Both the position numbers and the translations under genes were made by a program. DNA of 64,000 nt from NCBI RefSeq assembly GCF_009914755.1, contig NC_060937.1; one strand, 5' to 3'. The DNA is from the human T2T-CHM13v2.0 reference genome, Homo sapiens. The notes under the pieces were generated by a model that did no database searches, was not told the origin of the DNA, and worked only from the letters and a program-made list of their open reading frames with translations. Below are positions 42,674 through 56,458 of the stretch, in pieces; position 1 is the first letter of the stretch, and every line of letters begins with the position of its first letter.

Positions 42674-44099
42674 AATGGTTAGTACATTTAACTAACCATT
42701 CAACCTGCATTTGGTGCAGGTTAGTACAACCAAAGTGATAGTTTAGAGTATCATATTCAGTATTCTTCTTCATTACATCTTCAGATGAAGACATTCTTTC
42801 TTATTTTAAAATTTTGAGATTCTGCTTTCAGATAGGTTGAGAAATAGTCTTATGAATTACAGTCCATGAACTCCAGAAGCAAAATATTTTCAAATAATTT
42901 ATGGACTCATTAGTCTTAGCAACAACAATATCAATATCAACAACACACATGGGAAGGGAAGATGCTGGGTAGGGACAACTGAGCAAATTCCAGCAGTCAG
43001 CTCAGTATTGGGAGTCCAGTCTCCATTAATCCATTGATTTTTTTCTGTGTATCTGCTGTTTGCTTACTCTGGAGCTGATTAAGATAAAACAGTTGCCTTT
43101 TTAATGTTTGCGTTGGGTCACCAGAACTCGATTCATTAAGATATATCTGATGACACATTTGTTATGTTGTAATCAATTAAACAAGGGAAAAAACAAGGTC
43201 CAGACATGAGAATATGTTGGTATCTCTGAAGAGTCAGATCAAACTATTGCATGATAATGATACATTGATGTATACATAAAGAATAGTGGGACTCCTTGGA
43301 GCATGTGAAAATGTGAGAATTACCTAGAGCTTTTACGAATTAAGTTAGGCATTAATATTTTTTGGAAGACTATACAAGTTAGGACACACTATACTATTTG
43401 ACCCTGTGTTACATATGAAAAAGAATTTTTAAGTAATCTAGTTTATAGTTTCTTAAATGTTGGCATTTAAAATATTTTAACAGTATCAAATAAAAATATT
43501 TTGAAGAACAAATATTTTATGTGCAAGCTTCTTTAAACAAATAATAAAATCTGTCCCAAATAAACAGAATTTATTATGAACAATATATATGAAAGCAGAA
43601 AGGCATGAACTATCAACCTAATTGTAAAGTCAGAGCTGAACTTTCTTCAGGTATATATCCAATTTTTAACTTTTGAAAGTGATTGCATCTTGATTTGTCA
43701 TAATAAGTACAGACTTTCTATTTTTGACTGGAATTATAGTAATTAAGCTATAATTAACTTGTGAAGATAATAGTGGCTAGAGTCATTTATTTATGAATAA
43801 AACATGAAAATTGGCTTCAAGATAAGGCAACATATTCTTCACACACAAGTTTTATTTAAACTCATTTATGTTTTTATTTGCAAATCAGCCCACCATAAAT
43901 GGGGCCCCTACAACAAAAGGCTGTGGAATCTGGCTCAGTTGCAATATAGCATGCATCCTATTTGTGCTCTTTGCCTCTTCTTGCAAGCCTTCTTCGTTGC
44001 AGAGGCTTTAGCAATCTACTCTCATGTCTTCTGGAGTATCTGGATACCCCATGATGGCCATAAGGTGTCCACGGATTTTGATGCAAGAAAGTGCCCTGC

Positions 44100-44830
44100 T
44101 CAGCCTCATACTATATTACATTAGAGTGGTAATTACAGCTTTAGAGCTCAATATTCTTGTAGATTATCACTCCCCCCGTGCAAAATGTCTGAGCTGCTGT
44201 TCTGGAAGTGGGGGATAATAGAGGGGCCTACTTCTTTTGGAAGTGTCTCTTTTATTACATACGAGACACTAGATGGGATTGATAGACTGTTGTCTTCTTG
44301 GTTTTCCTCCTTTGAAATGGAACGTTTGCCCACTGAGTAAGGTGCTATGATAGCCTCCAGTGCCACAATATCCTTAGCCTGCCATACTTATGGTAGAACC
44401 TTAGCTTTACAAGTGGGAGCTGGGTAGAAGATGGGATACTACACCTCTTGGCTATACTCACCTATAATTGAGCCTCTGAAACACATAGCTGGGTGGGATG
44501 AGAAGTGCTAGCTGCCTGAGCCTCCCTTGGAGATACCATATCTTTCAATTGCAAGCTGGAAGAATCTCTGTGTTCCTGACTCTACCCACCCACAGTGGAA
44601 TTTCAATCATGCTGTGTGAAGAGGCCAGAGAGAAGGAACAGATTTGGTTTAATGCCACTGTTTTATTTTACTGGCTTTAGAAGATATTTATAAAATAAAA
44701 CCTTCTTTAGTTTCAGCATACCCTTAGATCAATTTCCAGAAATTTATTTGTTATCACATTTTAAAATATAATTTTCACGAATTATGTTTGTTTCTTCGGG
44801 GAGTAGTTCCCTGTAGCTCTTCACAAAGCA
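44100..44830 (-). mobile_element. Possible old L1M 5'-end fragment
   Basis: gatcaatttccaga...ggggagtagttccc...gctcttcac resembles reverse L1M 5' ends; weak. Confidence 0.3.
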
Positions 44831-45311
44831 TTTTAAAAGTGAAACTCTCCCATGTAAAGCTTTCATGATGATAAAATTATAATAAATACAACCATATGTG
44901 TTTCCGATAAAAAAATACACATGCAAAATTATGTACTTTAAAAGTATTTGGCACATATTAGTTGGTATAAAACCTACCTTTTTAATTATTATTTTATTTG
45001 GAAATTAAAATACTAATTTATTTCATAGTCCATTTAAATCCTTATTATTTGGTTATTTAACATATATTCAATTTTATATTCCTGATAAGTAACTGAAACA
45101 CAGCAAAGTTAGAAAACATCCTTACATTCACAAATTATGTGAGTGGTGAAGGCAGGGGTGGTTGAAATTGCTTGTTCTCAGTTACTATGCTCCAATGAGT
45201 ATCTAAATCATGCTAATGTAACTAAGACATAACCAAATAAATCAAATGTGTTTTTGCTCATCTCTAATAAACACCATTCTATTGTCTCAACCAGTTTGAG
45301 AGTACATCACT

Positions 45312-45833
45312 TGTGACAGGATTCACTTGAACCCACTAATGTGACGTGAAGATTATTTTAAGATGAAAACTTCTGAATAAACATCAGCTCTGAGGAAAAA
45401 AAAAAACCCAGAAAACTCAAAATAACTAAGTTTAACTTCTTTTGCTGACTTAAGTAAATTTTCCCCAAATTAAAGCTACCATAAATGCCCTCTTTGGGAG
45501 GTTTACAGTCAGAAAGGAGAGAGAACATTTATACTTGGATGAGAAATTACACAGGCAAAGCCCTATGAAAACCTTTTGTAACTTCCTCTTGTTTCCCTGA
45601 ACTTGTTTCTCATTAGTTTCCCACCATTTGTTTTCCCTTGAAGTCTCCCCTTCTTATAAGGATGATATATAAACCACTAACTCTAGCTGTTCAGTGAGCT
45701 GCTTGTTGGTGCACCTCCCACGTGCATGAGTAAACTTTGTCATTTCTTCTGTTTATCTATCTTTTGTCAGGTCATTTGCAGCCCCAACCACTAAATCTGA
45801 TTTGGTAAAAGAAAATGTTTTTTTCCCTCCTAT
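45312..45833 (+). mobile_element. MER34-group ERV1 LTR (diverged solo LTR)
   Basis: gattattttaagatgaa near the start, TATA (tatataaacc), AGTAAA, and a 3' end tctatcttttgtcagg...ttttttccctcct. Confidence 0.55.
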
Positions 45834-46964
45834 TTCCTGTTTTGAAAACGACATAGCTGCATCGCAGTGATCATTTTTCAATTTGGACTACCCAGCTAAC
45901 ATTTGATTAAAGTCTACTGGAAAACAATAGTTCAGGTGCTGAAACTAAGAGAAAAGTGACTTTAAGCAGAAACTGAACATTAGTCACAGATAGAATAGTA
46001 TCCTGATTCTACAAGTGCACTTAGAGGTGGCTCAGGATGTGTGTGTGTTTCTTTTTAATACTAAGCATAAATATAAATCCAAGTGCTTAGACTAAAGAAA
46101 GGGCTAATGACACAAAGGGATGCAACACAGTGAAATAATGTTAAAAAATGTTGTTTGAATTAAAAAAAATCTAATTGATATGTAACCCAAGATATGACAT
46201 AGTATTTTAAAGTGTGGTAAGAGCATCTGAAACCTCATTGGAAAATTTGGGGAATATTGAAGCCTTCCCCATATTTCTGTGAATTTATAGGATCTGGCAG
46301 ATTATGCGCTCTTAAACTAAATTCGTTGTTTTCTGATTTTCATGACATTTGTTTTATGTTGTCTATGATGTATACTCTGACAAAGTACTACTGATCTCTT
46401 TGTCTATTTTTCAAAACAGTCACAAAAATAACAATCAAGAGAGAACTCATTCCTGTAGCATAAATAAGGCTTTGGAATGACAGAAACATATATTGCAACA
46501 TTACAAATAGCTTTAAAATGTATTAATATATGTATGCCTGTACAAAATATTTCTTGGAATGCTACTTGAGTGCAAAGTTGAGAACATTGTTACTGTGATG
46601 AATGGATGTGTTGACTACACTGTTCTGTATGTCAAAAAACTGTTTAAAGATATACATATAAGATATTAATAAGAGTGCTATTCGTACACAAAGTTGACAT
46701 CAATGTTATTTTAAGAACGCATTCACCACACTATCATGATGAAAAACGTGTTTTTAAAGACACATGTGTAATTTAAAAAAACATTGTGCTGACGTTATCT
46801 AAAGAACCCCATTGTCTCACATTTTTCAAAAGCCGTATCACTCTATCACCATATTACTCATCATTCTTTCATGAACTTGCTTTGTTTTCTTTTCCTTTCT
46901 ATTTTTTTTATTTTTCAGTTTTATTAAGGTATAATTGACAAACTGGCTTTATTTTCTTCTTCCC

Positions 46965-46978
46965 GTTTCCATAGCAAC
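46965..46978. promoter_or_regulatory. Candidate RFX X-box GTTTCCATAGCAAC
   Basis: Matches the RFX consensus GTTNCCATRGNAAC; motif only, no functional evidence. Confidence 0.4.
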
Positions 46979-47756
46979 AACCCCTACCCAATGAAAATAA
47001 TACATGACTATCTTTAAATTATGCAAAGGATTTCAATGCCTTTATCATTATGCCTTCCTTTATTTAGCCCTTATGGTGCATTAAGGTATTTTCCTAAACC
47101 AAAGCATAAAAATTTAGATGCTGTGTGTGTGTGTGTTTAGACTTTTAGGGTATATTTACATATGGCTAAAATAGTTCAGTGTTAAAGTAACTCTATGTAT
47201 ACAAATATTAAAGAATTGTTATGACCAATTCCTAGCTTATTGTATTATATCCAAGTTTATCTATGCATTCTACTTTTTCTCCTTTAGCATTTTAACAATT
47301 TCATAAAAAATAGAGTATAGCCCTAAGGTAAGTTACCATAGATCATTCTGTTTCTTGAGCTATAATGTCTTCTCAATTCTGTCTTTTCAAAACCAATCCC
47401 ATCTTCCATATCATGTCAAAATACACATACTTATAAGTGAATTTTGCTTTGTGCAATAAAACCTTTTTTTTTTAACACCATTTAAGTCAAAAGAAAATAT
47501 CTATGATGAAGAATCTTTACAGAGAATACTTTCTCTGGATCTAAAGATAGGATGATATTTTCTAAATCACCTTGCTTTGAACTGACAAGGAAATAGAAAT
47601 CAAAAGCTTTGACACTCTAATCAATCAAATTGATTAATCTCTAATCAATTAATTGAAGATAGGTCTATAAGACTAATTTTTTTTTACTACATTCTTGATC
47701 TATATCACAAGTGGTGGACTATTCTTTTGTTACTCCCATTTGATTAAAAAAGGGTG

Positions 47757-48047
47757 GGCCTGGTGGTGGCTCATGCCTGTAATCTCAGCACTTTTGGAGG
47801 CCAAGGGAGGAGGATTACTTGAGGTCAGGAGTTCCAGACCAGCCTGGCGAATGTGATGAAACCCCCCATATACTAAAAATACAAAAATTAGTCAGGCATG
47901 GTGGCGGGCACCTGTAATCCCAGCTACTTGGGAGGCTGAGGCAGAAGGAGGTTGAGGGAGGTGGAGGTTGCAGTGAGTGGAGGGCACACCATTGCACTCC
48001 AGTCTGTGTGATAGAGTGAGATTCTGTGCCCCCCTGCCCCCCAAAAA
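47757..48047 (+). mobile_element. AluS/J SINE with a C-rich degenerate tail
   Basis: Alu dimer; TSD aaaaaagggtg / aaaaataggtg. Confidence 0.92.
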
Positions 48048-49568
48048 TAGGTGCTTAAAATATGAAATCATTTTTGCTAGGGTTGTCCTTAAGCTCCTGC
48101 AACAAAACTTGCAAAATTTAGATTTCAGAGTATGTTGGATTTATTAGCTTTGCTGTTTCCCTTCTTTTTACACAAGAAATAATTCTAGTTTTTCATGTTT
48201 GCATTCTTCACTTAAGTTAAAAATATTACACACACACACACAAAGACACATCTTACTTCTTAAAACCCCATATGTACTCTAAGAATATTTTGAGAAAGGA
48301 GAAATCAGTTCCACTTAATTTCATTCAATAACCAATGGTTAGTTATCAAATAGATAGAATAAGGGGGAAACTCTGTTTTCTTTGTGATTAAAACACAACA
48401 TAAACTTAACCTCTTTATAAAATTGTATTAAAGTGAAATACTTTTCTACATTTAGTCATCTGAATTAAAACAAATTTTCTTGATAACAATGTTCTTCCGG
48501 TCAGCTATTGTCCCTTATTATGTGTCATATTCGTCATAAATGTAATGCAATGGCTCTTTAATTATATAAATTTAAAAGTCAAGACTGGAGCTGAAAGGGA
48601 AATCTAAAAATAAATTTCAAAAATTTAAGTGGTTTAATTTTGTGAGTTTTCTCTTAGTAAAGAGACTATCCCAAATATTAATAAAGATCTAACAAGTATA
48701 GTTTTAGATTTGTGTGTAATAGGGCTATCGTAAATTATTTGATAACTAACAGTACAGTTCCTTCTGAAATTCTGATAGCTTACAAATAGTTACCTATACA
48801 TTTGACATAGTATAATGTGTTTTATTAACATTCTTCACAAGTAAAAGCTTAAATAATATTTTCATAAAAATGATATATTCTTTTATATTTTATACTTGAA
48901 AGGAATCATTATTTTCGACACCATTTTACTCTGCTAAGTGACCTACACAACATTTATGAAAACTAAAAATTATATGCTTTGATATCACTGTAACATAAGT
49001 GACTAAACTTTGTAGCTTGTATTTTTTGGGTAACACTTCAGGCAATATTTAAAAAATCTAATATTCTAAGGAAAATTCTGTGAGAATTCACACATTGGAT
49101 TTATGGTGTGAGATCCACAGTTTTTATGAAATAATATAAGTAATATTTTCATTTAATCATAATATGCTAGAACAATGGCCTTTTCCATTTACTTTGAAAG
49201 CAATCAGATATAGTTATACAAACCAAGAACACGATAAAATAAAATCTGTGCTGTCTCCAACACTTCTCTAAAGACAAAATTTGCCCTTTAATTACTATTT
49301 CACAAATACTGAGACAGTACCACTTCAGTGTAATTAATAAGAAAAAATTCCTTTCTGAATAGCTGAATATTTTGAATGTTATGAGATGATAAATCATACT
49401 GATCAAAACACAGTTACATCTATATACACTAGGCTGTCATCGTTAAGAAACATAAGTTATGATAATAAGCATATATTTACATCTTCATCTTTTGAAACAA
49501 AGAGTGGAAAAGACTTTAAGTCCTCCTGTTGATTCTCTAAAATATTTAAACAGCAAAATGTTTTTTAA

Positions 49569-49907
<339 letters not shown>

Positions 49908-50195
49908 AATAGTCTACTATTTTATTTCCTTAACTTCATTATTTAAGCAGGTTAATTTAGGCTGAACTTGTATTTCTCATTGGTAGACCCACATACAGGT
50001 TTATTTCATTTGCTTTCATATATCTTCAATGTATTTACTTCCCATGGCCCCATCTTAAAAATAGAATATCTGAGGTATCATCTTAGGCCTATTGAATATA
50101 ATTTGTACAGAAATGCTCTGATAATCTGAATTTTCAATGTGTATTCATCTTCTCTTTGTGCAGTGAATTAAAGCCAAGTTCAAAACTTCATCTGG

Positions 50196-50325
50196 AAAAA
50201 GAGAAAGAAGAAAGGAAGAAAAGGAGGAAGGAAGGAAGGAAGGAAAGAAGAAAGGGGAAGGAGAGGGAGGCATGGGATACAAAGGGAAGGAGGAACATGA
50301 GGGAAGATGGAAAAATAGAAGAGTA
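50196..50325. repeat. GA-rich/(GGAA)n polypurine tract
   Basis: Seen directly. Confidence 0.8.
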
Positions 50326-50539
50326 GATAAATCTAATAAGCCAACATTGAGAGGCAACTATTTATGAATCTCTCTGGTTTCTTGTCATTTTGCAGAAACA
50401 TTGACTGCTTTTGTTCTAGACTGTCTTTTTAACGAAGTTTGTTTAGTAGTTAGGAAGACAAAGTGTCTAACCATGGAGTAGGCTGACTTACTACCCATTA
50501 TAAAATATTAGTTTCCTAAATGAATGATTTCTTTCATAT

Positions 50540-50790
50540 AATGTGTAAACAGTTACATTTACAGGCATCCATCTGGGTTCAGCTGGGTTGCTCTCAAGAG
50601 ACTTAATGGCAAAGGGGACTGAGGAAATACACGGATGCTCATGCTGCTTGCATTATCATAAAGCAATAAAATTCCATGTCTCTGAACCATGAGTCTCATG
50701 TGTGTTCTGCCAGCATCTATAAAACCGTAGCCACCTAAACTGTTAGCTTGCAAGTCGAATAAAATCACAAATCTTTCCCAGATCTTGACA
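50540..50790 (+). mobile_element. LTR40-like ERVL LTR, 3' portion
   Basis: gatgctcatgctgcttgc...aataaa...tgttagcttgcaagt...tcttgaca terminus. Confidence 0.7.
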
Positions 50791-51249
50791 ATTTTAGCTA
50801 TGAAGATGGAATACTGACATAGATAAACATTTATGAAAAAGGAAGAATATTGGCTCTTTGGGGGCTGATTAATGGGACTTGATGAAATTCCTTGGGAATT
50901 GGTCATGAACATGTCTAAAATGTTATGATCTACTGGGCAAGAAATTATCTTCTTTATTTCCTGTTAGTATGGACAACTCTGGAATGAGATTGTAGGATGT
51001 GTACTAGACAATCTTCTTTATTACATATTAATATGAGAGAATTTGGGCTGAGATTGCAGGATGTACACTGGACAACAATAGGTTCAAATACTGGTGGCAA
51101 AATTTTGTCCTAGTTGTTACTAACTCTTCCTGGTTTAGATCTTGTTAATGTGATAGTCAGCTTCAGGTCCACCCCTTTGTAACAACTAGTATTAATTTTC
51201 ATCCTAGCTAGGCAGGCAGAAGGTTCCAACCCATTCCAGACAAGATTTA

Positions 51250-51337
51250 TGTGTGTGTGTGTGTGTTTGTGTGTGTGTGTATGTGTGTGTGTATATGTGT
51301 GTGTGTATATGTGTGTGTGTGTATACATATATGTATA
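51250..51337. repeat. (TG)n/(TA) compound microsatellite
   Basis: Seen directly. Confidence 0.92.
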
Positions 51338-51773
51338 TCCACATCATTGGATCACTGAGTGATAACTATGGGAATGTGTGTGGGAAGATATCCAGTGATA
51401 TCTGTGGGTGTTTTTCATGAAAGATGCAGAAGCTAGGGCCAACTCCTACTGTTTTTAATAGAAGTACTATTAAAGTTATGGAAAGTAACTATCAAATCAT
51501 GGTACAAACTGTCTGATGGGGATGACAAATCCTACAGCTAGTTAAATTGAAAGCCATTGCAAAACTTTTTGAAAACAATGAAATGGCATTTTGTTTTAAA
51601 GGAAGGCTAAAGTAGGAATGCCTGTCTAAGATATCATCAATGCCTTCCCTCCCCTGTACGAACTGGGGCTGGGGGTATTTCCTCAGTTCTTCCCCCTTCA
51701 CTGCAACAAAATCAGCAGTCTATTTAAAAACTAAACAAATAAATAAAACCTTTATATCCAAATTATTTTTAAA

Positions 51774-52129
51774 TGCAGTAGTTCGGAATTGAATAAGTCC
51801 TCCCAGAATTCATACATTGAAATGCTAACTTCTAATGCAATGGTTTTAGGAGGTGGAGTCTTTGGGGGCAATCATGAGGGTGGAGACCTTACGAATAAGA
51901 TAGTGCCTTTGTAAAAGGGACCCCAATGGGCTCTCTTGCTCTCTCTGTGCTACATAAGGAGGATGCAAGAAATCTGCAGGCTGGTACCCAAGATAGGGCC
52001 ATCACCAGAACCCAACCATGCTGGCATCCTGGTATCAAACTTCCAGCCTCCAAAACTTTGAGAAATAAATTTCTGTTTAAGCCACCAGTCTATAGTAGTT
52101 TGTTATAACAGTTCAAGTTGAATAAGACA
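51774..52129 (+). mobile_element. MLT1A/A0 MaLR solo LTR
   Basis: aattcatacattgaaatgctaac...cttccagcctccaaaactttgagaaataaatttctg...aataagaca. Confidence 0.85.
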
Positions 52130-52308
52130 GCAATTGAAAATGTTTATACTGTAGGTTCAAATGAAAAAAGACACAATCACTTGTAGAGAATATGCAGAGC
52201 ATGAGCTCAAATACGTTTAAATGCATTTGACCCAAAAATGGAAGAAAAATGTATTTTTAACTTTAATGTTTTTGTTTAGCTCTGAATTGTGAGATAATAC
52301 CTGAAACA

Positions 52309-52571
52309 TTTTCTTTTATTATTATTATTTTTTTTTTTTTGAGACAGAGTCTCGCTCTGTCACCCAGGCTGGAGTGCAGTGGCATGATCTCGGCTCACTG
52401 CAACCTCTGCCTCCCGGATTCAAGCCATTTCCAGCTAATTTTTGTATTTTTAGTAGAGACGGGGTTTCACCATGTTGGCCAGGCTGGTCGCAAACTTCTG
52501 ACCTAAAGTGATCCGTCTGCCTCGGCCCCACAAAGTGCTAGGATAACAGGCGTGAGCCACTGCACCCAGTC
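52309..52571 (-). mobile_element. AluS with a ~50-bp deletion in the right monomer
   Basis: Reverse Alu that jumps from caagccattt directly to ccagctaatttt at 52430/52431. Confidence 0.92.
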
Positions 52572-52978
52572 CTATTTTGTATAATTTTTAAAGTTATTCA
52601 TTTAGTTCATTTTCTCAGAAAAAATTTTAATATTTAAGTTTATCATTTAGGTATGTTAAAGCTATTAATATTTTAAGTTGATTCATATATTCTGGCAAAA
52701 TATTGTCTTAATTTCCCTGAGGTTAGCTATTATGACTTGATAATTGTTTATTTTTCTTATCACATAACTTCACTTGTGTTTCATACACTATTTCAGGCCT
52801 ATTATTTCCCTGGTTTGTCAGTACTGATGTATTTTCAAACTATTCTACAGCTGGATTGAGTTACAGAACCATGTTTTCTTTTCATATTTTTATGTTCTCT
52901 AAAAGAAAAATGAAATTAGATGGTCTAAGAAAATTTTATTGAATATGAAAAGATTATTAGAAAAAATTTTATTATTGT

Positions 52979-53184
52979 TGTATTAGGGATCTCTAGAGTG
53001 ACAGAACTAATAGGAGATATATATATATATAATATATATGTGTGTATACATAGATAATACACATACATATATGTGTATAACTCCCAAATAATGTGTGTGT
53101 GTACATATATATATATAAACTCCCAAATATCTATATATACACACACATTATTTGGGATTTATACACATATATATTTGTATTATC

Positions 53185-53223
<39 letters not shown>

Positions 53224-53764
53224 CTCCTATTAGTTCTGTCACTCTAGAGATCCCTAGAGTGTGTGTGTGTGTATATATATATCTGTGTGTGTGTATATAT
53301 ATGTGTGTGTATATATAGATAATACACATATATATGCATTTTTTTTATATATATATGTATATATACACACACACACACACACACATAAATTTGGGAGTTT
53401 AAGTGTTAACTTACATGATCATAAGGTCCTAGGCTGACTACAAGCTGAGGAGCAAAGAGAGCCAGTCCCAGTCCCAAAACTGAAGAAGTTGAAGTCAAGT
53501 TTCAAGGGCAGGAAACATCCAGCATGGGAGAAAGATGAAGCCTGGGAGGCTAGACCAGTCTCTCCTTTTCATGTTTTTTCTGCCTGCTTTATATTTGCTG
53601 GCAGCTGATTAGATTGTGCCCACCAGATTAAGGGTGGATCTGCCTTCCCCAGCCCACTGACTCAAATGTTAATCTCTTTTGGCAACACCCTCACAGACAC
53701 ACCCAGGATCAATACTTTGTATCCTTCAATCCAATCACGTTGACACTCAGTGTTAACTATCACA
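52979..53764 (-). mobile_element. MLT2A (HERV-L) 3' LTR with an expanded, rearranged TA/CA microsatellite
   Basis: tgtattaggg.tctctagag.gacagaactaatagga ... ttgacactcagtgttaactatcaca; adjoins the polypurine tract (agtctacctcttgtcaac). Confidence 0.92.
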
Positions 53765-54344
53765 AGTCTACCTCTTGTCAACCTGAACCCATATACGTCT
53801 CCTGAGATCATATATAATATTGAAATAAAGATAATAATAAAGTCATAATTATGCCCAACATAATATAACTGAATACAAGTGTACAACTGGAAACACACCA
53901 ATCCCCAACTCAGATACTATTACATAAAGTTAATAATACATAAATGCTGAGGCAAAGTCAATAAATCTTATGTCACATGATAAGGGTAAAGGAAATAAAA
54001 TTAAGACATTGTCTTATTACAGTTTATACATGCACGAATATGTTTTTAACAAAAGAAGGAGAAAACACTCATGACAGTTATAGTCCTGGTTTCTGCAACT
54101 GGTCACGTGGTTGTAGCTGGTATTGATGACTCCCCTTTTCTACTGCTCATTCTGTATTCCCTTTGCCTTCAGTAAGCACCTCAGCAGGTCATGTTTTCTT
54201 TCCTGGTGGAGTGACCCAAAACTTAATTCCTGAGGGGTCTGGGCCATTTGTAGTCTTGCCTGGATTGGGCTGTTGTAGTTTCCCTTTGACGTTAATCACA
54301 GGGCTTGGTAATACTAAGAGACACCCCAATGGATCTCCTGTATT

Positions 54345-54600
54345 CTATGCATACTCTTCCTTACCTCCATTATGGAGTAGTAGACTGATTTCATCTTGAT
54401 GGTACAGGTTAATCACCCCAGCCAACACTGTAACTCCCTTCTTAGCCTGCTTACTTAAAGATAGGAGGAGCCCAAAGGGTCCAGGTGGCAATCTTAACTT
54501 CCAGTTTAATGGAATTGTTGTTGTGTCTCTTGATGGCATTCATCTGTCTGGAACTAAGACCTCTAGGCCAGCAGAACATAATGTCGGAGAAATAGGAAGC
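54345..54600 (-). pseudogene. HERV-L dUTPase remnant
   Basis: TTTIPLNWKLRLPPGPFGLL...KKGVTVLAGVI, located after integrase as is characteristic of ERV-L. Confidence 0.8.
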
Positions 54601-54639
54601 AAAAATTTTGCTACTGGATCACTAGGGGTGATGGTGAGT

Positions 54640-55489
54640 GGTGTCACTTCCACTTCCACCCTTTGATTCCTGGACCCATAAATCCTGGCTATGGGAGAAA
54701 CAGTATCATATACTGGATGCTAATTCACAGCATATATGTCCTTCTGCAGAGCTTTGCCCCAGCCCTGCAAAGTATTGTTACAGAGTTGGCATAATTGTGA
54801 CTTCAAAAGGCCATTCCACCATTCTATCAATCCACCTGCTTCAGGATCTTAGGGAACATGGTAAGACCAGTGAATTCCATGAGCACGAGCCCACTGCCAC
54901 ACTTCTTTAGCCATAAAATGAGTGCCTTGGTCAGAGGCAATGCTGTGTGGAATACCACGACCGTGGATAAGGCATTCTGTGAATCCACCGATGGTAGTCT
55001 TGGCAGAAGCATTTTGTGCAGGATACGCAAACCCATATTCGGAGTGTCTATTCCAGTGAGGACAAACCTCAGCCCTTTCCATAATGGAAGAGGTCCAATA
55101 CAATCAATCTGCCACCAGGTAGCTGGCTGATCACCCCAAGGAATGCTGCCATATCAAGGGCTCAGTGTTCATCTCTGCTGCTAGCAAATTGGGCGCTCAG
55201 CAGTGGCCATAGCCAGGTCAGCCTTGGTGAGTGGAAGTCCATGTTGCTGAGCCCATGTGTAACCTCCATCCCTGCCACCATGGTCACTTTGTTCATGGGA
55301 CCATTGGGCGATTACAGGGGTGGCTGGGGAAAGAGGCTGAGTGGTATCCACAGAACGGGTCATCCTATCCACTTGATTATTACAATCCTCCTCTGCTGAG
55401 GGTACCCACTGGTGAGCATTCACATGGGATACAAATATCTTCACAGTTTTTGACCACCAGAGATGTCCATCCACATACCCCTTCCCCAA
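54640..55489 (-). pseudogene. HERV-L RNase H end plus integrase remnant
   Basis: FVSHVNAH; HEQSDHGGRDG...PIC zinc-finger region; GIPHSIASDQGTHF...GIHWSYHVP core. Confidence 0.88.
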
Positions 55490-56458
55490 ATTTCTTTGTC
55501 ACCAATTTTGCAATCATGTTTCTTCCAAGGCCCTGACCATCCAGCCAAAACATTGACTACAGCCTATGAATCAGTATATAATCACAAACCTAGACATTTC
55601 TCCTTCCATGCAAAGTGCACAACCAGGTTCACTGCTTAAAGTTCTGCCCACTGAGAAGATTTCCCTTCCCCCCTGTTCTTCAGGGATTTTCCTTGAAAGG
55701 GGCTATAGTGCTGCAGCTGTCCACTTTCAGGTGGTGCCTGCATATCGTGGAGAACCATCTGTGAACCAGGCCCTAGTCCTCTCTTTCTCTGTCAATTGAT
55801 CATACAGAACTCCCCATGAGGCCATCGGTGCAGGCTGGGGAAGAGAAGGCAGGTGGCAGAAGTAGGGACCATGGGCATTTAAGCCACTTCATCAAGTAAC
55901 TTACTTGTGTCTTCAGGAACTGCTCGAGCCTGCTCATATATATATACCACTTCCATATGATGATGGAATGCTACTGTGCACAACCCACTTTATGGCTAGA
56001 TAGGTAAGAAAGCACCCAATTAATGACAGGAAGTTCAGGTTGCATGGTGACTTGATGACCCATAGTCAAATGTTCAGTTTCCACGAAAGCCCAGTAACAG
56101 GCCAAGAGCTGTCTCTCAAACTAGGGGTAGTTAATCTGAAGAAGATGGCAGGATCTTGCTCCAAAATCCTAGAGGTCTCCACTGTGATTCACCTGCGGAG
56201 GCCTGCCAAAAGCTCCAAACAGTAGACTGGACCTGTTGCAGAGCCTTCTCCTGTTCTGGACCCCACTCAAAACTCCCAGCCTTTCATGTTACTTGATAAA
56301 TGGGCCAGAGTAACAAACATATCCAAATGAGGAATGTCTTGCCTCCAAAATCCAAACAGGCTCACTAGGCATTGTGCCTCTTTCTTGATTGTAGGAGGGG
56401 CCAAATGCAGCAATTTATCCTTCACCTTAGAAGGAATATTTCAACATGCCCCACACCA

